Below, piece after piece: positions 28,834 to 38,990 of a DNA stretch of 64,000 bases (position 1 is its first letter; every line of letters starts with the position of its first letter). The position numbers and the translations under genes were made by a program. The DNA is from Oceanispirochaeta sp. (GTDB lineage Bacteria > Spirochaetota > Spirochaetia > DSM-2461). The notes under the pieces were generated by a model that had not been told where the DNA came from, did no database searches, and saw only the letters and a program-made list of their open reading frames with translations. The stretch is from the NCBI GenBank assembly GCA_963666275.2, contig CAXXOA010000001.1, positions 512,001-576,000 of the forward strand, given 5' to 3'.

Positions 28834-29550
28834 TTATAAGTCTTGGAACAGTGGGTCACTGTTTTTAATATGCTTTCTGTAAAGCTCCATCGCTTTATAA
28901 AAATCCCCTTGAAGAATCACTTCAATTAATTGGTTATGAGTATCTATAATTAACTTTTTATCAAGAATGTCTTCCTGGGCTACAGTTATCTCTTCATAAC
29001 TGAAAGACCTCATTGTTTCATAAAGAGTATTAAAGAGATCATTCTGGCAAGCTTCAATAATATGCTTATGAAAGGCATAATCGGCCTCAATACGCTTTTC
29101 TTCATTTTTAGAATCAAGGGCATTCGCTATATTTAAAACTTCCTGCTTTAAGTTTATGATGGTTTTATCAAGGAGAGGCTGGTCATTATGATATACCATC
29201 AGATACCACAATCCTTGATGTTCCATAATCAGTCTCAATTCAAGAAGATTTTTAAGATCTTTTTTACCCAAAAGCATTGACCATAATAAGGCCTCGGAAG
29301 AAATGTTGGAACTTTCACAAATAAATGTTCCTTTAGGATTTCGTAATTCCACAACACCAAGATATTGGAATATTTTTAAAGCTTCTCTGATTGTTGATCT
29401 GCCAACTCCAAAAAGTTCAGCCAGCTCATATTCATTAGGTACTTTATCATTTGGGCGTAGTGTTCCCGTAGCTATCATATTTTTTAATTGTTCCATTACC
29501 TGAAAAACAACCGTTTTTTGTTTTACTGGTTTCGGCTGAATCTTGTTCAT
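28834..29550 (-). CDS. GntR-family (FadR subfamily) transcriptional regulator
   Basis: wHTH PNEYELAELFGVGRSTIREALK...GTFI; FCD domain ADYAFH...ACQN; ATG 29550 preferred. Confidence 0.93.
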   Translation of the reverse strand: MNKIQPKPVKQKTVVFQVMEQLKNMIATGTLRPNDKVPNEYELAELFGVGRSTIREALKIFQYLGVVELRNPKGTFICESSNISSEALLWSMLLGKKDLKNLLELRLIMEHQGLWYLMVYHNDQPLLDKTIINLKQEVLNIANALDSKNEEKRIEADYAFHKHIIEACQNDLFNTLYETMRSFSYEEITVAQEDILDKKLIIDTHNQLIEVILQGDFYKAMELYRKHIKNSDPLFQDL

Positions 29551-29662
29551 TCTTACTTCCTGCTTTTGACTTGCACTAATCATAACCAATCCTTTCTAAC
29601 TTAGCAATCTTTCTGTTTTTACAGTTTACATTTGATTTGGGTGAAAATCTAACATTTATAGC

Positions 29663-29723
29663 TTGACAAGTTGATATTTCAGTGTATGATCTAATCATAT
29701 ATACGTCGTATGGTCAGATGGTA
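29663..29723 (+). promoter_or_regulatory. Sigma70 promoter plus FadR-type operator of iolN copy 1
   Basis: TTGACA-N16-TATGAT then TATGGTCAGATG (29709-29720); conserved upstream of copy 2. Confidence 0.75.
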
Positions 29724-29757
29724 CTATGATGTAAAAAACAAGTAAAGAGGTTTATAA

Positions 29758-30870
29758 ATGGAAGCAAAAGAAAAGAAGTGGCTCACCACAGATTATCCTG
29801 AGATCATCTTTGAAGATAATGAAGTCGGGAGATTGAAAAAGAAGATCTTTGATGCCCCTATGAATGAAATTGAGAAAATTCTGGAAGATTATGGTGTGGG
29901 AGCAGAATCGGAACTGGGGAAAGCAGGATGCTATATCCAGAACACACCCCGAAAAGAAGCGATAGAAAAAAGAAAGAAGAATGATGTTGTCCTTGTTCCA
30001 ATTGGTTGTACGGAAAATCATGGCGATCATGCTAATACAGGTTTGGACACCTTTATGGTTACACAGATCTGTGAAGCCGTGAGGAGAAAAACTGCAAAAC
30101 AGGGAAGGGAAGTGAATCTTGCTTTTACTCCTATCAACTATGGTGGACATCCCTATCACCACATGGGAATGCCCGGGACTATGATAATTCCCCCTGAGGT
30201 TGTAAGGGAAATGCTTATCTACACAATGTTGGGGCTTTGGAATGATGGATACCGGAAAATCATTCTTTTCAATAATCACGGACATCTGTGGACTCTGGTA
30301 GATGCTATACAGGAGTTTATGAAACGTTTTCAGCTTCCTGCGGTCGTACAGGTTATTGACTGGCATAGAGCTATACGTGAATTCTTTATGCCCATAGACA
30401 GGGAAGATTCACTGACTACTAACTTCATCCATGCCGATGAGGCCGAAACAGCTGTGGGACTTCTGATGTTCAAGGATATGATTAATATGGAATATGTTCG
30501 TGATGCGGAAGGAGAGAGGTTTCTCCCCGAAGGTCATTTTGATCTTTCGGTGGATCCTTATCGTCGACCCCATAGATGGTCTGAAGGGGAAGGGCATATT
30601 GCAATTGAAAGATTTGCGACTCCCGAAGGCGTCGTAGGCGCTCCGAGTCGTGCTACAGCTGAGAAAGCAAAACGTCCTATTGCGGCTATCTGTGAGTATA
30701 TGACCATGGTAGTCAATGATATTCTGGAAGCTTTCCCTCCTGGAAAAGTGCCTGAGAAAGTATCACTACGTTCAGATGAAGAGTTAGCTCCTTTTCTTAA
30801 AGAACCCTGGACAGAAGGATGGAAGTCTGTTTATGAGCTGCCTCATATGGGACCGTTCCATAAGGGGTGA
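29758..30870 (+). CDS. iolN: 3-dehydro-scyllo-inosose hydrolase (creatininase family), copy 1
   Basis: PIGCTENHG, DTF, YGGHPYHHMGMPGT, GLWNDGYRK, FIHADEAET, FLPEGH, PEGVVG, KEPWTEGW, all recalled from Thermotoga IolN. Confidence 0.85.
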   Translation: MEAKEKKWLTTDYPEIIFEDNEVGRLKKKIFDAPMNEIEKILEDYGVGAESELGKAGCYIQNTPRKEAIEKRKKNDVVLVPIGCTENHGDHANTGLDTFMVTQICEAVRRKTAKQGREVNLAFTPINYGGHPYHHMGMPGTMIIPPEVVREMLIYTMLGLWNDGYRKIILFNNHGHLWTLVDAIQEFMKRFQLPAVVQVIDWHRAIREFFMPIDREDSLTTNFIHADEAETAVGLLMFKDMINMEYVRDAEGERFLPEGHFDLSVDPYRRPHRWSEGEGHIAIERFATPEGVVGAPSRATAEKAKRPIAAICEYMTMVVNDILEAFPPGKVPEKVSLRSDEELAPFLKEPWTEGWKSVYELPHMGPFHKG

Positions 30871-30948
30871 CATGTATGTTGTGGGAAGTGTTTCGGGGAG
30901 CGCAATCCTTGTCACGCTTCCTTGATAAAATTGCTTTACAAAATGAAA

Positions 30949-30962
30949 TGATAACGTTAACA
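30949..30962. promoter_or_regulatory. LacI-type operator (copy 2 of 3)
   Basis: TGATAACGTTAACA directly after a TTTACA -35 box upstream of the isomerase gene. Confidence 0.7.
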
Positions 30963-31004
30963 ATTTAAAAGATAAATATCGATTATTTGAAAATGGGGAA
31001 AAGC

Positions 31005-31853
31005 ATGAAATTAGCTTTGAATCAGGCGGTTCTTTTTTCGTCTTCTACAGAAAGGTTTATAGATCTTTGTAGCCAGAATGGCATAAAAAATATTGAGTTC
31101 CGTGTTCCAAAGTTAAAAGAGTATTTGTATTTCAATTCTGGTATACAGTTGAGTAAAAAACTGAAAGACTTGGATCTTAATGTTATTGCTCTTAATTCTC
31201 TTGATGACTTTGGTCTTGTACCCGATGATAACCTTTCTCTTTTGACGCATGAAGTCCATTTTGTCGGACAAATGTGTGAATTTGTAAATTGCCCTCTTGT
31301 AATTGCCCCTGTTGGTAGATGTTATAGAACGCAGTTGGAGAAATCTGAAGTTTTAGAAAAGCATGTGGAACGGCTAAATTTCATAAGCGATATTCTGAAG
31401 GAATATGGAGTTAAAGTTGGTGTCGAACCAATTGCATTTTCAGATTTTTCAGTTCATTCAATCCATGATGCAGATGAAATTTGTCAATGTTCTTCTGCAG
31501 GGGACGCGGGGCTGATCGTCGACTATTACAATTTATTTCAGAAAGGAATGTCTCCAAAAGATTTTGAAAAACTGCGCTCACCTGTTCATTTAATACACAT
31601 CAATGATGCAGATTTCCTACCCGCAGAGGTGCTTGATGTTGTTGATACAAGAGTCTTTCCGGGAGATGGTTCTCTGAATGCTCTAGAATGGACATTGCAG
31701 GCATTAGAGGCTGGATACAAGGGATGTTTTTCTCTAGAAGTATTTTTGAAAAATCTTTGGGAAATGGAACCTGAAACTGCAATGTTTAAGATCATGAAAA
31801 AGTTAGAAATATTTAACTCAACAGTGAATGCAAAATTGGTTAAGGAGGAATAA
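31005..31853 (+). CDS. Sugar phosphate isomerase/epimerase TIM barrel, IolI (inosose isomerase)-like
   Basis: MKLALNQA, IEFR, KLKEYL, ALNSL, EYGVKVGVE, HINDA, RVFPGDG, SLEVF parallel the Bacillus IolI motifs; ATG 31005 preferred. Confidence 0.75.
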   Translation: MKLALNQAVLFSSSTERFIDLCSQNGIKNIEFRVPKLKEYLYFNSGIQLSKKLKDLDLNVIALNSLDDFGLVPDDNLSLLTHEVHFVGQMCEFVNCPLVIAPVGRCYRTQLEKSEVLEKHVERLNFISDILKEYGVKVGVEPIAFSDFSVHSIHDADEICQCSSAGDAGLIVDYYNLFQKGMSPKDFEKLRSPVHLIHINDADFLPAEVLDVVDTRVFPGDGSLNALEWTLQALEAGYKGCFSLEVFLKNLWEMEPETAMFKIMKKLEIFNSTVNAKLVKEE

Positions 31854-32903
31854 ATGAAAGCAGCAGTATTTGAAGATATTGGAAAATTAGTGATAAAGGA
31901 CGTGGATATTCCAGTGCTGAAAAAATCTACTGACGCTCTGATCAAAGTCTCAGGTGTCGGGATATGCGGTACAGACCTACATATATTGCAGGATCCACCA
32001 TTACATCCTGCGAAAAAGAATAATATTCTTGGGCATGAATTTACTGGAGAGATTGTAGAACTGGGAGATGAAGTTCTCGGCTTCTCGGTTGGTGAACGTG
32101 TTTTGATTGATCCGCATCCCGGTTGCGGAGTATGTGATGAGTGTCGAAGGGGATACCCGGATAACTGTATTCCCCTTTATGAAACCTGTGAAGAACCAGG
32201 TCATCCAGATACCATAGGAATATTCTCTCCTGGCGCTTATACTAATTATGTTATCGTTCCCAGACAATCTCTTTATAAGATTGACCCTAAGGTACCTATC
32301 AAAATAGCAGCGTTGGCTGAACCTTTGGCCTGTGTAATAAATGCAACTGACAAATTAAAGGTTCAGCCTGGTCAGAATGTTGTAATTTTAGGTGCAGGAC
32401 CAATAGGTTTGCTGTTTACAATGATGATGAAGGCTAATGGAGCTTCAAAGATTATTGTCTCAGAACCTGCCGAATTCAGGAGGAATGCCGCTATTGAATG
32501 TGGTGCGGATATAGTTGTTGATCCCCAAAAGGTAAATATTGAAGATGTTGTGGCAAATGAAATGGGTAAAGGTGCTGATATCTGTATAGAGGCTGTTGGA
32601 CCTATGCTCCCACTTGCAATAATGCTGGTCAGAGCTGGGGGGAAGGTTTTACAATTTGGTCATGATGAAACAGTCAATCCTTCAATTCCTGTAGGAGTGA
32701 TGCTTAAAAAGGAAGTTGAAATCTATGGGGCCTTCATAGGAAAACAGTCCTTTGAAAAAGCAGTAAGAGTAATGGAGAGTGGTAAACTCCCTCTTTCCAA
32801 AGTCGTCTCACATGTGCTTCCTTTATCAGAAATTCATGATGGGATTGAATTACTTAGGAAAGGAGAGGGACTAAAGATCATTATTACGCCGGACGAACTT
32901 TAA
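31854..32903 (+). CDS. Zn-dependent medium-chain (polyol/inosose) dehydrogenase
   Basis: GICGTDLH, GHE, structural Zn CGVCDECRRGYPDNC, GAGPIG; AGGAGG RBS overlapping the upstream gene. Confidence 0.9.
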   Translation: MKAAVFEDIGKLVIKDVDIPVLKKSTDALIKVSGVGICGTDLHILQDPPLHPAKKNNILGHEFTGEIVELGDEVLGFSVGERVLIDPHPGCGVCDECRRGYPDNCIPLYETCEEPGHPDTIGIFSPGAYTNYVIVPRQSLYKIDPKVPIKIAALAEPLACVINATDKLKVQPGQNVVILGAGPIGLLFTMMMKANGASKIIVSEPAEFRRNAAIECGADIVVDPQKVNIEDVVANEMGKGADICIEAVGPMLPLAIMLVRAGGKVLQFGHDETVNPSIPVGVMLKKEVEIYGAFIGKQSFEKAVRVMESGKLPLSKVVSHVLPLSEIHDGIELLRKGEGLKIIITPDEL

Positions 32904-32919
32904 AAATTTCAAATCTGAA

Positions 32920-32954
32920 TATAGTTGCAGTTTATCTTTTGAGTTGCAACTATA
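32920..32954 (+). terminator. Stem-loop downstream of the Zn-dehydrogenase
   Basis: TATAGTTGCA-N15-TGCAACTATA. Confidence 0.5.
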
Positions 32955-33769
32955 CCTTTAATGTAATCAGATTCGAGATTTATAGGTTTCACTTTAAGTT
33001 GAAGTATAGCGGAAAGTATTTTATGTCATTGATTTTTACAGGGGAGTCTATAGTTTCTTTAAGATATTATCAGTTAATAATTCAAGAAAATATTGTTCCT
33101 GATTCGGTTTCCAGTAAATATTCTATCTCCTAATATTCATCAAAATAGTCGACATAGAAGTTTCTGAAAAGAACATGTATTTTGTGTTTGAAAAACTAAT
33201 GGTTTTGCAGAACAAAAAGGTCTTACCACAAAGGAGGCAAAATGAATAAGGAGGTAAATGTTCTACTTTTTAAACATATGCAGGAAATTGATCTTTTTAA
33301 CAAAAAATTCTCTGACCTGGATGGATAAGACGCATAGAATATAAAAAAAATCCACAAAAATGAGAACCTTATCATACCATAAACATGTATTCATATTTAT
33401 AAAATTGAAGATTATATTCGAGCGTCTAATGGTTATCTGGATACATTCCCTGTTTATTCTACAAATCTATACCTAAAAAAATAAGGCCTTTTACTATCTA
33501 ATAAGCGAATTTAAATTATAAAATTTAAAAAAAGAAATATATATATATCTATTAATAAAAGTATCAAGATGTACAATTTGCTAACAAAAGTGTAATAAGT
33601 CCGCATAAAGTATCTTTTTGGGTGGATCTTTGAGTTGATCTTTTGAAGTCCTCTCTAAAAAAAGGAAGGACATAATCCACAGTGAGGGAGTTTGATAGTA
33701 AGAAAAAATATCTGAATTCAATATTCTCATACAGTTCTTTTTTTTTGTCGTTGGATGTTGATATTTTGT

Positions 33770-33830
33770 TTGACAAATGTATGAAGAGTGGTAGTATATT
33801 ATTATAGTAAAAGTATGATCATCAGATGAT
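33770..33830 (+). promoter_or_regulatory. Promoter plus perfect FadR-type operator of the ABC operon
   Basis: TTGACA-N16-TAGTAT with TGn extension; palindrome ATCATC-A-GATGAT at 33818-33830. Confidence 0.75.
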
Positions 33831-33886
33831 GGGATGTGAAATAGTTGTTGATTTTCGATACTAACAGGAGTGTAGTTTTGTAAGGT

Positions 33887-33902
33887 GTGATAACGTTATC
33901 AC
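33887..33902. promoter_or_regulatory. LacI-type operator (copy 3 of 3, perfect palindrome)
   Basis: GTGATAACGTTATCAC, central CG typical of LacI-family sites. Confidence 0.8.
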
Positions 33903-33972
33903 TTTTCTGATACTTCAGAATCATATTTTTGCTGTAAATAAAATCCATTTATTTTTCATTTAGGAGGAAAAA

Positions 33973-34899
33973 ATGAAAAAAGCGGTATTAATTGTTTTAT
34001 TTGTGCTGATAGCAATTGGAGGGACTTTTGCAAACGGACAGAAAGCTGATGATGGTAAGAAAACTATCGGATTCACTTTTCACAGCTCTCAGGTTGTTTT
34101 TCAGAATCTAATTAAAGAAGAGTTTGTTAAGGCGGCAGAAGCACAAGGTTATGAAGTAAAAGTTATTGATCCTTTGACAGATATTGAGAAGCAAAATTCA
34201 GCTGTAGAAACATTTGTTTCACTTGGAGTAGATGCTATCGTTACAAGTCCTTTGGATTACACTGGTTGTGTTCCTCAGGTTAAAGCTGCCAATGAAGCAG
34301 GTATCCCTCTTGTTGCAGTCAACTGTGAAGTGGATCCAGCTGCTGGAGATTTTACCTATGTGGGTTCTCTTAATTATGATGCAGGTGTTATTGAGGGTGA
34401 ACATTTTGCCAATGTACTTCCTGAGGGAGCAAAGATTGTATATTTGAGAGGAACAGAAGGTATGGAGCATACCAATGCAAGACGTGAAGGTGTTCAAGAT
34501 GCTCTCCTGGAGAAAAGACCGGATGTTGAACTCCTTGCCGAAATGACTGCCAACTATGCTCGATCTGAAGGAATGATGGTAATGGAGGACTGGATCCAAG
34601 CTTATCCCGAAATCGATGGTGTGCTAGCTGCTAATGATGAAATGGCTCTGGGTGCACTGGAAGCATTGAAGGGAGCAGGTATTGAGGGGGTTCTGCTTGG
34701 CGGAATTGATGGAACAGAAGAAGCTAAACAAAATGTTAAAAACGGTACATTTTCAATTACTGTTCTTCAGAATGCAAAGGGGCAGGCTGTTGAGGCTCTC
34801 AATGCTGCAATAAAAATGCTTAACGGAGAGTCTGTACCTGAAAGAGTTATTGTTCCTTTCGAACCTATCACCGCAGAGAATGTAGATTCCTACATGTAA
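33973..34899 (+). CDS. Sugar ABC transporter substrate-binding protein (RbsB/inositol-type)
   Basis: Signal peptide, ANEAGIPLVAVN, AANDEMALGA, GIDG. Confidence 0.93.
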   Translation: MKKAVLIVLFVLIAIGGTFANGQKADDGKKTIGFTFHSSQVVFQNLIKEEFVKAAEAQGYEVKVIDPLTDIEKQNSAVETFVSLGVDAIVTSPLDYTGCVPQVKAANEAGIPLVAVNCEVDPAAGDFTYVGSLNYDAGVIEGEHFANVLPEGAKIVYLRGTEGMEHTNARREGVQDALLEKRPDVELLAEMTANYARSEGMMVMEDWIQAYPEIDGVLAANDEMALGALEALKGAGIEGVLLGGIDGTEEAKQNVKNGTFSITVLQNAKGQAVEALNAAIKMLNGESVPERVIVPFEPITAENVDSYM

Positions 34900-34994
34900 T
34901 TATCCAAGATTTAAAAAAACAACTACCGGGGCAGTTCTTGTCCCGGTTTTATCAGAAATATATGGAATAACTTTGAATTTAAAGGAGGATCATC

Positions 34995-36506
34995 ATGAGC
35001 AGTAGCAATGAGTTTTTACTTGAAATGCGAAATATAGTAAAGACTTTCCCAGGCGTAAAAGCTGTAGATAATGTAACGCTGCGTGTTCGTCCGGGTACTG
35101 TTCACGCCCTTTGTGGTGAGAATGGAGCTGGGAAATCAACAATGATGAAGATTCTGGCAGGAGAATACAGTGCCAATCAGGGTGAAATATGGTTTGATGG
35201 GAAAAAGGTTGATATCAGAACAACCCAGGATGCTTTTGATGTCGGAGTATCAACTGTATATCAGGAATTGAATCTAGTAAGTGAAATGACAATAGCCGAG
35301 AATATGTTTCTCGGAAGAGAACCAAAAAAGAAAAACAAAATTTTTGTCGATGCCAATTATATTAACAAAGAAACTGAAAAATATCTGGAAGGTATTGGAT
35401 TAGTAGATTTCAATCCGAAAGATAAACTAAATAAAATGAGTGTATCTCAGCAGCAAATGGTAGAAATCGCAAAAGGGATTCATAGGGGCTCTAAACTTAT
35501 TGTGCTTGATGAACCGACATCTGCTATAACAGATACTGAAGTTGCAACACTCTTTAGATTAATTAATGAACTGAAAGCAAAAGGTATTACCTTTATATAT
35601 ATTTCTCATAAACTGGATGAAATATTTGAAATTACTGATGAAGTTACTGTTATGAGAGATGGTCAGTATGTTGATACTGTAGAAACAAAAGGGTTGTCAG
35701 AAAAATCTTTAGTTTCTCTGATGGTTGGTAGAGAGTTAACTCATTTATTTCCCAAAACAGCTGTAGAAATCGGAGATGTAGTCTTTGAAGCGAAAAACCT
35801 TACCAAGAAAGGTAAATTTAAAGATGTTTCTTTTAAGATTCGACGAGGAGAAATTGTAGGTTTATCAGGTTTGATGGGGGCTGGTAGAACTGAAGTCGCT
35901 AGAGCAATCTTTGGTTTAGATCCATTGGATTCCGGTGAGATGCTTTTAGATGGATTACCCTATGAGGCTCATAAAACAATTGATGCAATCCGTCATGGAA
36001 TTGCTTATGTACCTGAAGATCGGAAAGAGGTCGGACTATGTCTTGGGCGGCCTATCCTTGAGAATATTTCTCTTGCCAGTCTTGAGATGTTTTCAAGACA
36101 TGGGTTTCTAGATCTCAAATATGAGAGGCAGGAGGCTGAAGAAATTTCTAAACAGCTTCAGACGAAAACTCATAGTCTGGATGTTGATGTTAATACACTA
36201 TCAGGTGGCAATCAACAGAAAGTCGTACTCAGTAAATGGTTGATCAGGCCTTTAAAGGTATTAATACTCGATGAGCCCACAAGAGGTATTGATGTAGGAG
36301 CTAAATCGGAAATACATAAGCTGATGTGCAAGTTCGCAGCGAATGGTATGGCCGTCATTATGATTTCATCAGAACTACCGGAGATCCTTGGTATGAGTGA
36401 CAGAATACTAGTTATGCATGAAGGACAGTTTAAAGGCGAACTGAACCGTGAGGAAGCGACTCAGGAAAGTGTTATGACTTTAGCAACAGGAGGAAAAAAT
36501 GAATAA
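34995..36506 (+). CDS. Sugar ABC transporter ATP-binding protein (two NBDs)
   Basis: GENGAGKST, DEPTSA, LSGGNQQK, DEPTRGIDVGAK. Confidence 0.96.
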   Translation: MSSSNEFLLEMRNIVKTFPGVKAVDNVTLRVRPGTVHALCGENGAGKSTMMKILAGEYSANQGEIWFDGKKVDIRTTQDAFDVGVSTVYQELNLVSEMTIAENMFLGREPKKKNKIFVDANYINKETEKYLEGIGLVDFNPKDKLNKMSVSQQQMVEIAKGIHRGSKLIVLDEPTSAITDTEVATLFRLINELKAKGITFIYISHKLDEIFEITDEVTVMRDGQYVDTVETKGLSEKSLVSLMVGRELTHLFPKTAVEIGDVVFEAKNLTKKGKFKDVSFKIRRGEIVGLSGLMGAGRTEVARAIFGLDPLDSGEMLLDGLPYEAHKTIDAIRHGIAYVPEDRKEVGLCLGRPILENISLASLEMFSRHGFLDLKYERQEAEEISKQLQTKTHSLDVDVNTLSGGNQQKVVLSKWLIRPLKVLILDEPTRGIDVGAKSEIHKLMCKFAANGMAVIMISSELPEILGMSDRILVMHEGQFKGELNREEATQESVMTLATGGKNE

Positions 36507-37467
36507 AACAAGGGCTTTGCCCCAAAACTTTGTTATTAGTGCATTTCTGGCAAAATATGGATTTCTGGTAATTTTGGCAGTGATGGTAATAGCTTCTAGT
36601 TTATTAAGTCCGGCGTTCCTTACAGGGCGTAATATTATGAATGTACTAAGACAGATGTCAATCATAACAATTATAGGTTTTGGTGTGACTATGATTATTA
36701 TTACCGGAGGTATCGATCTTTCTCCCGGTTCGGTTGTAGCTCTTACTGGAGTTTTGGCAACAAGTATGTATGTACATACACAAAATATTTGGTTGGGTCT
36801 TATTGCAGGCTTGCTAGCTGGAGCTTTGGTAGGATTTACAAATGGTTTTTTTATCACTTATTTCAGTTTACCTCCTTTTATTGTGACATTGGCAATGATG
36901 ACAGGTGCTCGTGGGCTGGCTCTGTTGTTCACTGGCGGGTATCCTATTATTAATATTGGAGATTTCACAATTTTCGGCCAGGGATATACACTTGGCATTC
37001 CTAATCCGATTCTTATTATGCTGCTCGTTATGATTATTATTATGGTTCTTGTCAAACGGACTAGATTTGGGCGATATATATATGCAATTGGTGGAAATGA
37101 GACAGCAGCGATGGCTTCAGGTGTCAATGTTAGAGGGATAAAAATGGCTACTTATACCATTGCAAGTTCTCTGGTTGGTCTCTCCGGTGTTTTACTTATG
37201 TCTCGTATAAATTCTGGCCAGCCAGCAGCAGGTTTGATGTTTGAACTTGATGCTATTACATGTGCTGTTATTGGAGGTACATCTCTTTCCGGAGGTGTCG
37301 GTACTATTGCTGGTACTCTAGTAGGGGGGATCATTGTCGGAATCCTTCAAAATATACTTAATTTAACTAATGTTTCTCCTTACTGGCAACAGATACTTAA
37401 AGGTGCTGTAATTATGATTGCTGTAATTATGGATATTAAAACAAAAAGTGCAAAAACATCTTCTTAA
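36499..37467 (+). CDS. Sugar ABC transporter permease (RbsC-type)
   Basis: GGIDLS, TRFGRYIYAIGGNE, FELDAITCAVIGGTSLSGG. Confidence 0.96.
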   Translation: MNKTRALPQNFVISAFLAKYGFLVILAVMVIASSLLSPAFLTGRNIMNVLRQMSIITIIGFGVTMIIITGGIDLSPGSVVALTGVLATSMYVHTQNIWLGLIAGLLAGALVGFTNGFFITYFSLPPFIVTLAMMTGARGLALLFTGGYPIINIGDFTIFGQGYTLGIPNPILIMLLVMIIIMVLVKRTRFGRYIYAIGGNETAAMASGVNVRGIKMATYTIASSLVGLSGVLLMSRINSGQPAAGLMFELDAITCAVIGGTSLSGGVGTIAGTLVGGIIVGILQNILNLTNVSPYWQQILKGAVIMIAVIMDIKTKSAKTSS

Positions 37468-37635
37468 TGATTTTGTTGGTTTAGTAAATATAGCTTTTAC
37501 AGAAACTCTGTTTGTATTCTCTATACAGTTGTGGTGCTGAGGAAATTCGATTGTTTTGATTTTTTTATGGGACAATAGTATTTCTTTTTCATAAAAAATA
37601 TCCCCTGTGGGATAATGAGTAATCCTTCTTTTTGT

Positions 37636-37670
37636 TGGCCTGTCTGAAAGTTTTCAGGCAGGCCACTTTT
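37636..37670 (+). terminator. Rho-independent terminator after the ABC operon
   Basis: TGGCCTGTCTGAAA-loop-TTTCAGGCAGGCCA followed by CTTTT. Confidence 0.7.
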
Positions 37671-37782
37671 AAGATATATGATATAATACTATACACAATA
37701 CAAAAGGTAAGTTTTTCTATTATTAAAAAATGATTGTTCTAAAATCTATATATTTTCGTGGGGAGAAAAGTACCGGTTAAAA

Positions 37783-38796
37783 ATGAATTATACGATAAAA
37801 GATATTGCAGAAAAAGCGGGGGTTTCCATTATGACAGTATCAAGAGTTATTAATAACTCCGGATATGTTTCAATGAAAACAAGGATCAAAGTAGAATCAG
37901 TATTAAAAGAAATGAACTATCAGCCGAATCTACTCGCAAGAAGTCTAATTAACAGAAAAAGCCATTTCATTTCCATAATTGTACCGGATATTTCTAATCC
38001 CTTTTACGCTGAGTTAACCAGGGGGGTAGAAGACATTACGATACAGGAAGGCTATGATCTTATTATAAGCAGTGCTCATATGAATAAAGATATGGAATTG
38101 AGGCAGATAGAGACAGCCAGAAGCCGAATGGCGGATGGTTTAATACTTGTCCTTCCGGAATTATCGGAAACTAAAATACTTGAAATGCAGAATAACATAC
38201 CCTTAGTAGTGGTTGATAAATATATTAAATCTAATGATATAAGTAAGATTTATCTGAAACAGGAGCTGGGTGCTTACCGGGCTGTCCAATATCTTCTTGA
38301 AATGGGGCATAGAAAAATCGCTTTTCTTTCCGGGTTATTAAATGTTCATAATAATAATGTCAGAAAAATGGGATATATTCATGCTCTTGAAGATAACAGA
38401 GTCCCTTTTGATAGTTCATTGATTTTAAACGGAGATTTTTCATTTGAAAGTGGGGAAAAAGCATTTAAAACTTATATGAATATGAAAAATGAAAATAGGC
38501 CGACAGCAATATTTTCCGCAAGTGATCTGATGGCTCTGGGTTTCATGAGGTGTGCTTATAGGCATAAGGTGAGAATCCCCGAAGATGTTTCCATCGTTGG
38601 TTTTGATGATATTCAGATCTCATCCATTATAACTCCTACCCTTACAACCGTTCGCCATCCATATCTACAAATGGGAAATGCTGCCAGCAAGCTTTTGATG
38701 TCCAAACTTGGAAAGAATGTATTGAACTCTACTATTCTCTCATTGAAAAATGAGCTTATAATCCGAGAATCTGTAAAAGATATCAAGAAAATATAA
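37783..38796 (+). CDS. LacI-family transcriptional regulator
   Basis: TIKDIAEKAGVSIMTVSRVIN HTH, YQPNLLARSL hinge, IPEDVSIVGFDD. Confidence 0.96.
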   Translation: MNYTIKDIAEKAGVSIMTVSRVINNSGYVSMKTRIKVESVLKEMNYQPNLLARSLINRKSHFISIIVPDISNPFYAELTRGVEDITIQEGYDLIISSAHMNKDMELRQIETARSRMADGLILVLPELSETKILEMQNNIPLVVVDKYIKSNDISKIYLKQELGAYRAVQYLLEMGHRKIAFLSGLLNVHNNNVRKMGYIHALEDNRVPFDSSLILNGDFSFESGEKAFKTYMNMKNENRPTAIFSASDLMALGFMRCAYRHKVRIPEDVSIVGFDDIQISSIITPTLTTVRHPYLQMGNAASKLLMSKLGKNVLNSTILSLKNELIIRESVKDIKKI

Positions 38797-38895
38797 AGAT
38801 CCTATCAAGACATAAATGGCAACTCTGTTTCTTTTCTTTATTCTTCAGGACAAGCATTTATTGAGGCAGAAAGTCTGTAATCTGAGAATTATATC

Positions 38896-38955
38896 TTGAC
38901 AATTTCAGGATCCGATGTATGATCTAATCATATAAACATCATATGGTCAGATGAT
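38896..38955 (+). promoter_or_regulatory. Sigma70 promoter plus FadR-type operator of iolN copy 2
   Basis: TTGACA-N16-TATGAT, then ATCATATGGTCAGATGAT (38938-38955); homologous to 29663-29723. Confidence 0.75.
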
Positions 38956-38990
38956 AGTATGATAAGGATCACAAGTAAAGAGGTCAATGA

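Noticed and set aside
31854..32903. Naming the Zn-dehydrogenase iolM
   Set aside because: Family and position fit, but I cannot recognise IolM-specific sequence; it reads like a generic GutB/Tdh-type MDR, so no symbol was given
32939..33776. ORF-track entries 32939-33133 and 33564-33776 as genes
   Set aside because: No RBS, TTG starts inside a terminator or promoter, and no recognisable protein features
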